Source: Patescibacteria group bacterium (GTDB lineage Bacteria; Patescibacteriota; Minisyncoccia; Minisyncoccales; JAHCRE01). From it: 64,000 nucleotides of DNA. The position numbers and the translations under genes were made by a program. Each line of letters opens with the position of its first letter. Position 1 is the first letter of the stretch. The notes under the pieces are model-generated. The model was not told the origin of the DNA, did not search any database, and saw nothing but the letters and a program-made list of their open reading frames with translations. The DNA lies in contig JAHCRE010000016.1 of the NCBI GenBank assembly GCA_020148145.1, positions 4,456-68,455 on the forward strand, given 5' to 3'. This document shows, one piece after another, positions 50,398-60,587 of the stretch.

Positions 50398-51384
50398 CTA
50401 AACCTTATTTGATTCCTTTAGTTTTTTCTTTTCTTTAGGTTGTCTTATTTGAAGTTCATTAAGCGAAGCTCTGATTTTGCTAATCATTTGTTTATAATCC
50501 GAGTAGGCATTGGAAACCATTGTTGTGGCACGGGCAATTTTATTTTCTAAAATATTTTCCATTTCATCTAAGTTCCTGGAAATACTAATTAAATGATTTT
50601 GGAGATTTTCCATATCAATGGACATTGCATATTGAAGATGGAGACGATACATATATAAAAGTAAGGGCAAAACCATTGAATAAGGCATTAGAATGACATC
50701 ATTTTCCCGGGCTTTCAGATGAGCTTCACGACAAACACCATAGACTGAATCAGGTACGGCAGCAATGGCTTGGGACCAGGTAACGCTTGGGTCAATATAT
50801 TGTTTTACTTCTTTAATCCTCTTTACAGTTTCTTTTTCAATCTCTCCGATAATTTCCTTTCTTTTTTTAGGAGAGGACTCTTTTTCCAGTTCTAAAATTA
50901 GGCTTCCAGCTGGCCATTTTGAGTCAATTGGGAGCCTTTTATTATTTGGCAGAATTAAAGCAAACTCCACGGTTTTTCCTCTAACGGTAAAATTACTCTC
51001 AATCATTTCTGGTGGTAATTTTTTAAAAGTTTCTCTTAAAATTTCTTCCCCAGAGATTCCTTTGGTTGATGTTCCAGCAATGATTTCATCTACCCTTTTT
51101 ATTCTCTCTGAAAATTCAGCTTCTTTTTGCTGACGGACTTGGTCAGCTCTTTTTAAATCTTCTAATAAATCCTTAGTCTTTTCAATTCCATTTTTTAAAT
51201 GATCCTGAAGTTGAGTACCCAAAAGCAACTTCTCTTTAATTTCTTGTATATCTTGGGCTTGTTGTAAATTTATTTGGGACTGTTGGCCAAGCCCTCCACT
51301 TACTTTTAAGAGAAAATAAATTAAAATCCCAGCCCCACCTGCCACAATTAAAAAAATAATTAAAATAAAAAGAAAATCGGCCAT
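50398..51384 (-). CDS. rmuC: DNA recombination protein RmuC-like
   Basis: 328 aa. N-terminal TM helix, long coiled coil, nuclease-like core with LPIDSKWP block. Confidence 0.65.
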   Translation of the reverse strand: MADFLFILIIFLIVAGGAGILIYFLLKVSGGLGQQSQINLQQAQDIQEIKEKLLLGTQLQDHLKNGIEKTKDLLEDLKRADQVRQQKEAEFSERIKRVDEIIAGTSTKGISGEEILRETFKKLPPEMIESNFTVRGKTVEFALILPNNKRLPIDSKWPAGSLILELEKESSPKKRKEIIGEIEKETVKRIKEVKQYIDPSVTWSQAIAAVPDSVYGVCREAHLKARENDVILMPYSMVLPLLLYMYRLHLQYAMSIDMENLQNHLISISRNLDEMENILENKIARATTMVSNAYSDYKQMISKIRASLNELQIRQPKEKKKLKESNKV

Positions 51385-51479
51385 TAAAATAGATTAACAT
51401 TTTCTATAAATGCTGTCAAAAAAGCCCGAGAATTATTCTCGGGCTGGATTTTTAAAAGATTTTAAACAGCAGTCAATTC

Positions 51480-52451
51480 TCACCTAGCTAATAAATTCTG
51501 AGTAAATAAAATCTGAAATAAAACAAAAATAATATAAATTAAGAGTAAAAATATTGCCTCTTTTCTTGAAATAATTTCATGTGTTCTTGAAAAAATCATA
51601 AAAAACAAAGCCGTAAGCGTTGTAAAAATAATACCGATAAAATAAGGTGAGAGATCGGCAATTTCAAAAGGACAAATCAAAGCCAATAGCCCTAAAACTA
51701 AAGTAGCATTAATTACTACCGATCCTATTACATCTCCAATAATCATTTCTTTGCGGCCCATAGTAATTGATCTTATTCCAAAAGTTATTTCTGGCAAGGA
51801 AGTACCCAAGGCCACAAAGAGTACTCCAATAAATACTAAGGGTATATCAAGAACTAATGCTAAATTTCTGGCTGAAAAAACAACTCCTTCAGCAGAAAGT
51901 AAAAGTAGAAAAACTGCCCCCAAAAATATCCCCAAATTTCTAAAAAATATTTTAAACCCAGACCGATTTTCTCTAAAAGAATTGGAAAGAATCCTGGTAA
52001 ATCTTTCTTCTTGGGAAAGAAGTTGGCGAAAATAAAAAACTAAAACCGATAGCAAGACTATTCCATCTATCCTTGAAAGTTCTTTATCTAATATTAAAAG
52101 AAGGGGTAAAAGACTAATAATACTGGCATCAAAAGCAGCTCGCTGTAAAACCTTTCCTTGAAATTTAAGCCCTTTTGCTAAGAAAGTGCCAATACCTATT
52201 ACCAAAGTTAGAACTATAATATTTGAACCTAAGATAGTGCCGAAAGAAAGATTAGGAACTTGCCTAATAGCAGAACTAATTCCAATAAAAATTTCCGGTG
52301 TCGAAGTGGCAAATGCCATTAAAACTGCAGTCACTATAAACTCTCTCCATCTTAAGAAATGAGCTATTATAGTCAGGGTTCGAACCACCCAGGATCCAGA
52401 ATAAACTAAAACTAAGCAAGAGATAATAAAAATAAAAATATATAAAATCAT
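51480..52451 (-). CDS. Ca2+/cation antiporter (CaCA family, YrbG-like)
   Basis: 323 aa and about 10 TM helices. Two alpha-repeats: ATSTPEIFIGI and GTSLPEITFGI. Confidence 0.8.
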   Translation of the reverse strand: MILYIFIFIISCLVLVYSGSWVVRTLTIIAHFLRWREFIVTAVLMAFATSTPEIFIGISSAIRQVPNLSFGTILGSNIIVLTLVIGIGTFLAKGLKFQGKVLQRAAFDASIISLLPLLLILDKELSRIDGIVLLSVLVFYFRQLLSQEERFTRILSNSFRENRSGFKIFFRNLGIFLGAVFLLLLSAEGVVFSARNLALVLDIPLVFIGVLFVALGTSLPEITFGIRSITMGRKEMIIGDVIGSVVINATLVLGLLALICPFEIADLSPYFIGIIFTTLTALFFMIFSRTHEIISRKEAIFLLLIYIIFVLFQILFTQNLLAR

Positions 52452-55039
52452 ACCGCTTTTTTAACTATGAAATGCCATTTGGTGGCCTCAATTAAAATTA
52501 TTTCTATCATTCCTAAGGAAAAAATAATTAACCAATCATTAAATCCCAAAGATACCGTCTTTAAAAGAGTCTGAAATATAGGTAGATAAAGAGCTAAAAC
52601 GAGCATTAAAATTCCAATTCCGATAGCAGCCACCAAAAGTTTATTGGAAAAAGGATTAATATGCCACAAATTACGCCTTAAACTTTTACAGGAGAAAACA
52701 TAAAAAAGTGAATCAATAGTTAGGCAGGCAAAAATCATGGTTCTTACATAACTAATATCATGTTTTTGCTCCCAAAGCCAGAGAAATAATCCCAAAAGTA
52801 AAAAATCAGTAATCAATCCGATAATAAAAATTATTGCCTTCATCTCCCGAGTCAATAAAGGAGCATTACGGACTTGAGGTCTTCTTTGCATTAAGTCTTT
52901 TTCTTTTGGTTCAAAGGCTAAGGCGATATCAGGCAAACCGTCTTCGACTAAATTCACCCACAAGATCTGGGCCGGTAAAATAGGCAAAGGAAAACCAGCA
53001 AGTAAGGCGCCTCCGACTAAAACTACCTCGCTGAAACTATCTGAAAGAAGATAAACAATGACTTTTCTGATGTTATCAATAATTGCTCTTCCTTCTTCTA
53101 TTGCTGCCACAATGATATTAAAACTATCTGGCAAAAGAATTAGGTCTGAAACTTCTTTAGCGACATCAGTGCCTGAACCCAAAGCTACCCCAATATCTGC
53201 CTTTTTTAAGGCCGGAGCATCATTTATTCCATCACCAGTCATGGCTACCACTTCACCCTTTTCCTGCCAGGCCTCAATAATTCTCATTTTATGTTTTGGT
53301 TCAACTCTGGCATAAATTTGAATTCTATCTAAAATTTTATCGAAGTCCCTATCAGATATCTTATCTAAATCTTTTCCTTCTAAAATGTTTTCCTCTTTAA
53401 TTTTAAACCCAAGATCTTTTGCCACTGCTTTAGCGGTTAATTTATGATCTCCGGTAACAATAATTGGTTTCATTCCCGCTTGCTTACAAATCTTCATTGC
53501 TTCCTTTACTTCCTTTCTAACAGGATCTTTTAAAGTAATAAAACCAACAAAATTTAAATCATTTATCAAATCCTCAATTATCAGAGAACTGTTCTCTGGT
53601 AATTTGATTTTTCGGTAAGCTGAGGCTACAACTCTTAATCCTTTTTGAGCCAATTCTTCTAATCTCTTTTCTAATTTCTCTTTTTCCTCTTTTTTTAATA
53701 TACAGATATCTAAAATTCTTTCTGGAGCACCGCAAGCATAGAGAAAATTTTGGTCATTTTCTTCATACAGAGTAGCGACGAATTTATTTACTGGATTAAA
53801 AGGAATTTCGGCAATTTTTTTTCTTTCCCTCTCACCAAATTTTTGGTGGGGGTTTCTATCAATACCCGCCTCAATTCCAGCCTCCAATAATGCCCTATCA
53901 GTTGGCCTTCCTCTAAAAATCCATTTCTCTTTTAAGGCATCTGGATTTTCAATAAAAGCTTCAGACGTCAAAGTGGCAGATTTTAGAGCTAGAAATCTAT
54001 CCCCTATTACTTCACTTACTTTCATTTTCCCTTCGGTTAAAGTGGCGGTTTTATCTGTACAAATTATACTAGTACTACCTAAAGTTTCAGCTGCCAAAAG
54101 TTTTCTGACCAATCCTTTTCTTTTTAAAATTCTCTGCATCCCTAGGGCTAAAATTACGGTCATTGCCACCGGCAATCCTTCGGGAATAGCAGCTACCGCT
54201 ACTGCCACCGAAGTCTCAAACATTTCCAAAAAGGTATTTCCGGTAATTATCCCTTCAATGAAAATAAAAATACAAATTACAATGATTACTCCCCCGATAA
54301 TTTTAGCAAGATGAGCTAATTTTTTTTGTAAAGGGGTCTTTTCTTCCTTAGTTTCTTTTATCATTTTGGCTACTTTACCCATTTCAGTTTTAAGCCCAAT
54401 TGCCGTAGCTATTGCCTTTGCCTTTCCATTTTCAACAATTGTTCCCATATAAACCATATTATCTCTGTCAGCCATTGGAGTTTCCTTTGGTAAGATATCT
54501 GAATATTTTTTAGCTGCTAGCCATTCTCCAGTTAGAGCCATCTCATTGGTCTTTAGATTTAAGACGGTGATAATCCTTCCATCAGCTGGTACTTTATCTC
54601 CGGGATTTAAAAGAAAAATATCTCCCGGAACAAGATTTCTAGAATCAATGATTTTAGGATTTCCCTCCCTTATTACCTTGGCTTTTACTTTAACTACTTT
54701 TTTAAGTTCTCTTAGGGCTTTTGAAGCCTTGTTTTCTTGAAAAAAACCAACAATAGTATTTAAAATTACCGCTCCAAAAATGACAATTGAGTCAGTATAT
54801 TCTTTTAAAATCGAAGTAATGATTCCAGCGATTATTAAAATATAAATTAAAGGGCTTTTGAATTGTTCAAAAAATATTTCCAGCCTTGATAAAGGTTTTT
54901 CTTCGGGAAACAAATTTAGGCCTGATTTTTCCTGTCTTTTTTTTATTTCTTTTTCTGACAAACCTTGTTCAGAATTGGAATTTAACTTTTTTATAACTTC
55001 CTGCCAAGATAAATTGTGCCAAAGAGTTGCTTGATTCAT
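52448..55039 (-). CDS. P-type cation-transporting ATPase (type IIA, Ca2+-ATPase-like)
   Basis: 863 aa. TGE loop (LTGEW). Phosphorylation site CTDKTATLT. TGDHK. GDGINDAPALKKADIG. Its stop overlaps the antiporter start (operon). Confidence 0.9.
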   Translation of the reverse strand: MNQATLWHNLSWQEVIKKLNSNSEQGLSEKEIKKRQEKSGLNLFPEEKPLSRLEIFFEQFKSPLIYILIIAGIITSILKEYTDSIVIFGAVILNTIVGFFQENKASKALRELKKVVKVKAKVIREGNPKIIDSRNLVPGDIFLLNPGDKVPADGRIITVLNLKTNEMALTGEWLAAKKYSDILPKETPMADRDNMVYMGTIVENGKAKAIATAIGLKTEMGKVAKMIKETKEEKTPLQKKLAHLAKIIGGVIIVICIFIFIEGIITGNTFLEMFETSVAVAVAAIPEGLPVAMTVILALGMQRILKRKGLVRKLLAAETLGSTSIICTDKTATLTEGKMKVSEVIGDRFLALKSATLTSEAFIENPDALKEKWIFRGRPTDRALLEAGIEAGIDRNPHQKFGERERKKIAEIPFNPVNKFVATLYEENDQNFLYACGAPERILDICILKKEEKEKLEKRLEELAQKGLRVVASAYRKIKLPENSSLIIEDLINDLNFVGFITLKDPVRKEVKEAMKICKQAGMKPIIVTGDHKLTAKAVAKDLGFKIKEENILEGKDLDKISDRDFDKILDRIQIYARVEPKHKMRIIEAWQEKGEVVAMTGDGINDAPALKKADIGVALGSGTDVAKEVSDLILLPDSFNIIVAAIEEGRAIIDNIRKVIVYLLSDSFSEVVLVGGALLAGFPLPILPAQILWVNLVEDGLPDIALAFEPKEKDLMQRRPQVRNAPLLTREMKAIIFIIGLITDFLLLGLFLWLWEQKHDISYVRTMIFACLTIDSLFYVFSCKSLRRNLWHINPFSNKLLVAAIGIGILMLVLALYLPIFQTLLKTVSLGFNDWLIIFSLGMIEIILIEATKWHFIVKKAV

Positions 55040-55205
55040 TATTTCATTATAAATAAAAAGAGGGTTGACTTAAAGCCTTCTATTGACCTTTGCCTAAAAT
55101 TTTATTTTGGTATATAATAATAAAATAATTAATTAAAGCCCGGCATTGATGAATTATTGACCGCCAAATGGCTGTGGATAGTTAATTCAATGCTGAAAAA
55201 ATTCT

Positions 55206-55760
55206 ATGATTGGCGACCTTCCAGAAAAATTAAGAGAAGCCTTGGTAGGGATAGTTAAAACTACTGGCAGATTAACCGAGGAGGCTATTAGTGTAGTAAA
55301 GAATACCTTGGTTAGTGCTTTAGAGGGTGTTGAAGATGTGGCAGGAAAGAGTTTTGAAATTGGAGTTAATGCCATAAAAGGAGGAATAAAGGGTGTTTCC
55401 GAAGCTGGGATTACTTTAGTTGAAGCTACTCATGATTTAGTAAAAGGGGTAGTTGAGGGAGTAGTTGGGGTAGGAGGAGATGTGGTAGGAACGGCAAAAG
55501 GTGCAATTGAGGCTTCTATTAAAGGAGCATCTGAGTTAGGTGAAAATGTCGGAGAAGTAGCAGTCAAAGCAGTTCAGGGAGTAATTGATGGAACTAAAAC
55601 AGTAGGAGGAGATGTGGCTACAGTAACAAAAGAAGCTGTCTTGGGAGCAATAAAGGCGGCAGAAGGAATCAGCAGTGAGGCAGGTTCAGCTGTGAAAGAT
55701 GCTTTAAAGAGGGCAATTAAAGGAGCAAAAGAAATAATTGAGGCACCTTTTAAAAAATAA
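55206..55760 (+). CDS. repetitive Gly/Val/Ala/Glu-rich protein, hypothetical
   Basis: 184 aa of degenerate short helical repeats (..GVxxAxKGAIEAxxKG..). Followed by terminator CACGGGGC-TA-GCCCCGTG + CTTTT at 55788-55810. Confidence 0.5.
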   Translation: MIGDLPEKLREALVGIVKTTGRLTEEAISVVKNTLVSALEGVEDVAGKSFEIGVNAIKGGIKGVSEAGITLVEATHDLVKGVVEGVVGVGGDVVGTAKGAIEASIKGASELGENVGEVAVKAVQGVIDGTKTVGGDVATVTKEAVLGAIKAAEGISSEAGSAVKDALKRAIKGAKEIIEAPFKK

Positions 55761-55814
55761 AGATAATTCTGATAGATTTCAAAAAGCACGGGGCTAGGCC
55801 CCGTGCTTTTATTG

Positions 55815-55887
55815 CGGCCCCATCGGGAGTCGAACCCGAGTTACAAGGATGAGAACCTTGCGTCCTAAGCCACTAGACGATGGGGCC
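55815..55887 (-). tRNA. tRNA-Glu (anticodon CUC)
   Basis: 73-nt cloverleaf on the minus strand: GGCCCCA-TC-GTCT-AGTGGCTTA-GGAC-G-CAAGG-TTCTCAT-CCTTG-TAAC-TCGGG-TTCGACT-CCCGA-TGGGGCC-G. Confidence 0.9.
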
Positions 55888-55890
55888 TTA

Positions 55891-55982
55891 GTCGCCTCAG
55901 TCGCTCTGCTCCTTCGGCTCCCCATGGGAGACACCTAAGGTTTTTCCCTCTGGTCTTCGCTTCGCTCAGGTCACCCTCTTCC
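55891..55982. repeat. GC-rich hairpin element related to family B (partial)
   Basis: gtcgcctcagtcgctctgctccttcggctcc...cttcgcttcgctcaggtcaccctctt. Confidence 0.45.
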
Positions 55983-56029
55983 TAAAAGGAATTCTTATCT
56001 AATCTATCACATAATTTGAGTTTTGTCTA

Positions 56030-57178
56030 TTAAAATACTCTAATTTCCTCTATTATTTTTTCCATCTCCATTTCCTTTGAACCATCGACTAAAATTAAAT
56101 CTCCTTTTTTTATCTCCTTTTGCAAAGTTTTTCCAGCCTGGGAAATCTCATCAAATTGAAAGATTTTTTCTTTTGTCATTCCTTTAATATAAGCCCCTTG
56201 AGCAATGAATTTTGCTCTTGAACCAATAGTAAAAAGTAAATCTGCATTTTTTGCCACCCTTTCTCCAATTGATTCATGGGCTCCAATCGTGTATTTTCCA
56301 ATCCCCAAAATATCTCCCAAGACAGCAATTCTCTTCCCCGAAATTTCAATTTTTCCTAAAATTTCCAAAGCTTCGGTCATCGAAAAAACTGAGGCTGATT
56401 GAGAATCATTTAAAATTAGAGAATTTTTAATTCCTTTAATCAATCTCATTTTCCCGGGAAGGGATTTATAATTCTTCAAGGCCTGAGAAATTTCAACTAA
56501 ATTTAAATTTAAAATTATCCCTACTGAAATAGCTGATAGAGCACTATAAATCTGTTCTTTGCCAAAAAGATAATCTAACCAAATAGGTACAACCTTACCC
56601 TGATAATTTAATTTAAAATTTGTTCCTGTATTTAATTTAATATCGGTGGCTAAAACATCGGCTCCTTCCTGAAAACCAAAAGTCAGAGCATCTAAATTTG
56701 TTAAATCTTTTATTCCCCTGGCCGTTTCATCATCAAAATTTAAAACTAAATGACCTTGGGAGGGTAAAATTTTAGCTAGTTTTACTATTTCTTCAGTATC
56801 TTTTTTTTCTCCAGCAAAAAAGGGGCCCGCCGAAGGTGGGAGGGTGGTGGGTGGGTTGTAGTCTTGACCTGGAGGAATCTCGCCGATATGAGTTACTACT
56901 AAGATTGGACGTTTAGAATTTTTTACTAAAAATTTGAGGGTCTTGGTTTTTTTTATTTTTGTTTCAAAAATCAAAATTTCATTTTTTCCAGGATTGAAAG
57001 GTAATTTGTCATCAATAATTTTTTTAACTTTTCTGCCTTTGCCGAAGGCTGTAGCGGAAAAAGATTTCCTCAATATCTGATAAATAGCTTCGGCGGCACA
57101 AGAGCAACCCTTACCAGTAACGATAATAACTTGAGGTTTTTGAAAATAGAATATAATTTTTGATAAAAGATTAAACAT
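56030..57178 (-). CDS. Mur ligase family protein, MurF-like (atypical)
   Basis: 382 aa at the dcw position after ftsI. C-terminal MurF-like block LILNDSQSASVFSMTEALEIL..RIAVLGDILGIG..H. The P-loop position reads VTGKGCSC rather than GxxGKT. Contains the family A insert (YNPPTTLPPSAGPFF). Confidence 0.6.
   Translation of the reverse strand: MFNLLSKIIFYFQKPQVIIVTGKGCSCAAEAIYQILRKSFSATAFGKGRKVKKIIDDKLPFNPGKNEILIFETKIKKTKTLKFLVKNSKRPILVVTHIGEIPPGQDYNPPTTLPPSAGPFFAGEKKDTEEIVKLAKILPSQGHLVLNFDDETARGIKDLTNLDALTFGFQEGADVLATDIKLNTGTNFKLNYQGKVVPIWLDYLFGKEQIYSALSAISVGIILNLNLVEISQALKNYKSLPGKMRLIKGIKNSLILNDSQSASVFSMTEALEILGKIEISGKRIAVLGDILGIGKYTIGAHESIGERVAKNADLLFTIGSRAKFIAQGAYIKGMTKEKIFQFDEISQAGKTLQKEIKKGDLILVDGSKEMEMEKIIEEIRVF
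56822..56863 (-). repeat. family A short-form GC-rich element, in frame in the murF-like gene
   Basis: Plus strand ggggcccgccgaaggtgggagggtggtgggtgggttgtagtc, which is the reverse complement of the 6557 copy. Confidence 0.8.
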
Positions 57179-57179
57179 A

Positions 57180-58883
57180 TCACTCGTAGTCAGGTGGTAT
57201 CTGCCAATAATCTATGATATATTTTGCCAATTCTCTAAAAATTGGAGCAGCTGAGTATTCAGCGGTTTTAGTAATTGGGTTGTTAAGTTTTATTAAAATT
57301 AAAAATTGAGGATTGAAAGCAGGAGCGAATCCAACAAAAGTCTGAATGGTTTTTTCAGAATAACCTTTCTTTTCAATTTCCAAAGCTGACCAGGGAATCT
57401 GAGCGGTTCCAGTTTTACCAGCAATATAGTATCTGGGAATTTTAGCTGCTTTTCCAAAACCGTGTTCTACCACACTCACCAACATAGCCGTTAATTGAGA
57501 GGAGGTTCTCTGAGAAATAAGAAAATCTTTAAAAATCTCAGGCTGAATTTCAGTTGTCTTATTATTTTCGATAATCTTTTCGACAATATAGGGCCTAACT
57601 AATCTCCCACCATTAGCAATTGCACAAAAGGCTCTGGCCAATTGGATTGGGGTTATGGCAATTCCCTGGCCAAAGGAAGCGGTAGCAAAATTTACTTCAT
57701 AACCTTTTTTTAGCTCAGTATTTTGAGAAAAAACTTCCCCTTGTAAGTCAATTCCAGTTTCTTCAAAGAGGCCAAATCTTTCAATATATTCTAAAAAAAT
57801 ATCATGACTAATTTGGTGCTCAGCAAACACTGCCCCAGTGTTGATTGATTTTTCTAAAACCTCGGTCATGGTTATTTCGCCTGGATAGGTTCTCCTTTCA
57901 TAGTTATAAATAGGCCAGCCCCCGATTTTTATTATCCCTGGATCAGTATAAGTAGTATGGGGAGTTATTTTTTCTTGGTCTAAAGCAGCAGCCATAGTGA
58001 TTGGTTTAAAAACTGAACCTGGTTCAAAAAGTTCCTGAATTGTTCTATTTTTAAAAATTCCTAAATTTTCAACTTCTGAATATTGATTGGGGTCAAAACT
58101 AGGAAAATTAGCCAAGGCTATTACTTTACCTAAATTAGGATTCATAACTATAATTTGACCTTCCTCAATCTCAAATTTTTCTTTAGCTTCTTTTAATATT
58201 TTTTCAGCCATAAATTGAATATTATAATCAATGGTTAACAAAATATTAGAACCTTCTCGAATTGAAGAATTTTCGGAATTAAACAAAATTAAAGATCCTC
58301 CCAAATTTCTCTCCCCTTCTAAAAATCCTTCTTTCCCCCTCAAGGCATCATTATAGAAACCCTCTACTCCGTATTGCCCTTCCCCTTCGCCTCCTAAAAA
58401 ACCAACCAAATGGGAGGCTAAAGATTCTAAGGGATAATGCCTCAATTCTTCCTTATCTAAATAAATTCCTGATAAATCCATCTCTTTTAAATGATTGATT
58501 TCTTCTTCAGTTAATTTATGTTTTAAAATGACAAAAAGGCTTTCTTCATTTTTGGAAGTGATTTTTTCGAAAATTTTATCTTTCTCTAAATTTAAAATCT
58601 CGCTTAAATTTTGGGCAATTTCTTCTTTGTTTTTAATTTCTCTAGGAGAGGCATAACAAAATTTCCAAGTTTTATTAACTGCTAAAGAATATAAACTCTC
58701 TCTATCTTGTAAAAAAATCTCTCCCCTTTTTCCTTGAATTTGGGTAAAAAATTTTTGTTGGCCTTGAGCCAGGGCCTTGTAAAGATCCTGATTTAATATC
58801 TGAACAAAAAAAAGCTTGCTAATAATAGCCGCCCCAAATAAAAGAATAAATATTAAAATTAAATTTACCCTCCAATACTTCAT
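57180..58883 (-). CDS. ftsI: penicillin-binding protein 2/3-type transpeptidase (FtsI)
   Basis: 567 aa. N-terminal TM helix. SxxK (GSVFKP), SxN (KSINTG), KTGT. Confidence 0.9.
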   Translation of the reverse strand: MKYWRVNLILIFILLFGAAIISKLFFVQILNQDLYKALAQGQQKFFTQIQGKRGEIFLQDRESLYSLAVNKTWKFCYASPREIKNKEEIAQNLSEILNLEKDKIFEKITSKNEESLFVILKHKLTEEEINHLKEMDLSGIYLDKEELRHYPLESLASHLVGFLGGEGEGQYGVEGFYNDALRGKEGFLEGERNLGGSLILFNSENSSIREGSNILLTIDYNIQFMAEKILKEAKEKFEIEEGQIIVMNPNLGKVIALANFPSFDPNQYSEVENLGIFKNRTIQELFEPGSVFKPITMAAALDQEKITPHTTYTDPGIIKIGGWPIYNYERRTYPGEITMTEVLEKSINTGAVFAEHQISHDIFLEYIERFGLFEETGIDLQGEVFSQNTELKKGYEVNFATASFGQGIAITPIQLARAFCAIANGGRLVRPYIVEKIIENNKTTEIQPEIFKDFLISQRTSSQLTAMLVSVVEHGFGKAAKIPRYYIAGKTGTAQIPWSALEIEKKGYSEKTIQTFVGFAPAFNPQFLILIKLNNPITKTAEYSAAPIFRELAKYIIDYWQIPPDYE

Positions 58884-59227
58884 TTGGTTGCAATTTGAGT
58901 ATCTGAAACCTGAATATAATGAATTTTATCCACTTTTTCAAAACCAAATTCTAATATTTTATTTTCAAGAGTTTCTAAAGAATTAATTTTTACTGAATTA
59001 ATCTTTAAAGTTTCATTTTCTTTAATAATTTCCTCTAATTTTTTTTGATAATCTTTGATTTGATAAGTTTGAGAAATCATTGCATTAACTTGGAAAATAT
59101 AAAAAGCCAAAAGGGCTAATATTGAAATAAATATTATTACCCAAAAGGCTTTCAGATTAAATCTTAACTTTAAAGTTAAGCCACGATTAATTAAAAGGGA
59201 AGGATTTGAAATAGAAGTAGTATTCAT
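58880..59227 (-). CDS. ftsL: FtsL-like cell division protein
   Basis: 115 aa. Single TM helix plus coiled coil. Sits between rsmH and ftsI, overlapping both. Confidence 0.6.
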   Translation of the reverse strand: MNTTSISNPSLLINRGLTLKLRFNLKAFWVIIFISILALLAFYIFQVNAMISQTYQIKDYQKKLEEIIKENETLKINSVKINSLETLENKILEFGFEKVDKIHYIQVSDTQIATK

Positions 59228-60141
59228 AGCTTTATGGCTACTCGAAGTTTAGCTGACCTCGAGCGAGGATTTATGAATATCTCAGCCTTGGTTGGTGTCT
59301 TTGGTTTTTTAGTTAAAATTTTTAAAAGACCCTGTTTTGAATTATCTCTTAAGAAATTTTTAGAAATTCTATCTTCTAAAGAATGAAAGGAAATTATAAT
59401 TAATTTTCCTTGAGGTTTCAGAATTTCTAAGGCCTGAGGGAGGGCTTTTTCTAAATTCTTTAATTCATCATTAACGGCGATCCGTAAGGCCTGAAAACTT
59501 TTTGTAGCAAAGTGGATTTTTTTATGGCGATACCAACTAGGAACCGCCCTTTTTATAATTTCTACCAATTGAAGGGTGGTTCCAATCTTTCTTACTTTTC
59601 TATTTTCAACAATCTCTCTGGTAATCCTTCTTGAAAATTTTTCTTCTCCATATTCTTTAAAAATTTTTTCCAGTTTTTTTTCTGACCAACCATTTATAAT
59701 TTTTTCTGCAGTCAGACCGTCACATGATTTCGACGATCGTAGAAAATGCGTTACATTATATCTCATATCTAATGGCTCATTTTTCAAAAAAGAAAACCCT
59801 CCTTTACTTTCTTTTAGATGCCAACTGGAAATTCCGAGATCAAACAAAATTCCTAAAACCTGTTTGAAATTATATCTTTTAACAATTTCCTTTAGATTTG
59901 AAAAATTATCGTAAACAAGAATTAAATTCTTTTTGAATCTTGCTTTTTTATATTTAATTTTGAGCTCTCTAATTAATTCTGGATTCCAGTCAATTCCTAA
60001 TAACTTTCCCTTAGGTAATATTTTTTCGATAATTGCTAAGGCATGTCCACCTTCTCCAATTGTGCAGTCAATAAAATTCTGATTGGATTCAGGCGTTAGA
60101 TATTTAATAACTTCTTTTTGAAGAACAGGAACGTGAACCAT
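59224..60141 (-). CDS. rsmH: 16S rRNA (cytosine1402-N4)-methyltransferase
   Basis: 305 aa. MVHVPVLQKEV..DCTIGEGGH..DLGISS..SFHSLEDR. Family C palindrome in frame (THFLRSSKSCDG). Confidence 0.9.
   Translation of the reverse strand: MVHVPVLQKEVIKYLTPESNQNFIDCTIGEGGHALAIIEKILPKGKLLGIDWNPELIRELKIKYKKARFKKNLILVYDNFSNLKEIVKRYNFKQVLGILFDLGISSWHLKESKGGFSFLKNEPLDMRYNVTHFLRSSKSCDGLTAEKIINGWSEKKLEKIFKEYGEEKFSRRITREIVENRKVRKIGTTLQLVEIIKRAVPSWYRHKKIHFATKSFQALRIAVNDELKNLEKALPQALEILKPQGKLIIISFHSLEDRISKNFLRDNSKQGLLKILTKKPKTPTKAEIFINPRSRSAKLRVAIKL
59719..59754. repeat. family C palindromic element, in frame inside rsmH
   Basis: gtcacatgatttcgacgatcgtagaaaatgcgttac. Confidence 0.75.
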
Positions 60142-60143
60142 TT

Positions 60144-60587
60144 TTATATTCCTAATTGCTGAAGCCTTGAAGCCATATCCCCTATTTCCTTTTCTGTTTT
60201 TTCCTTATACTTTTGCCATTTTTTCTCATCCCAAATTTCTATTCTGTTTGAAAGTCCGAGTAAAACTACATTCTTTTTTAAAAGGGCGTATTTTTTTAAA
60301 TAATCAGGGATCAAAATCCTACCTAATTTATCTAATTCAACATCAACTGCTCCTGCCAACATAATCCTGGCAAAACCCCGGGCCTCTAACTGGCTGGCTG
60401 GTAATTTGCTCAATTTTTCGGACATTATCCCCCATTCTTTTAAAGGATAAATAACTAAACAATTATCCAAACCCCTAGTAATTATTACTTTTTTTCTAAG
60501 TTCTTTTCTGAATTTCGCCGGAATAGCCAGCCTCTTTTTAGTATCAATAGTATAACGATATTCGCCAATAAACATAGTTTTCCACAA
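60144..60587 (-). CDS. mraZ: transcriptional regulator MraZ
   Basis: The likely start is MFIGEYRYTIDTKKRLAIPAKFR. Two DxxxR-type SpoVT/AbrB repeats (second: LDKLGRILIP). Confidence 0.9.
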   Translation of the reverse strand: MWKTMFIGEYRYTIDTKKRLAIPAKFRKELRKKVIITRGLDNCLVIYPLKEWGIMSEKLSKLPASQLEARGFARIMLAGAVDVELDKLGRILIPDYLKKYALLKKNVVLLGLSNRIEIWDEKKWQKYKEKTEKEIGDMASRLQQLGI

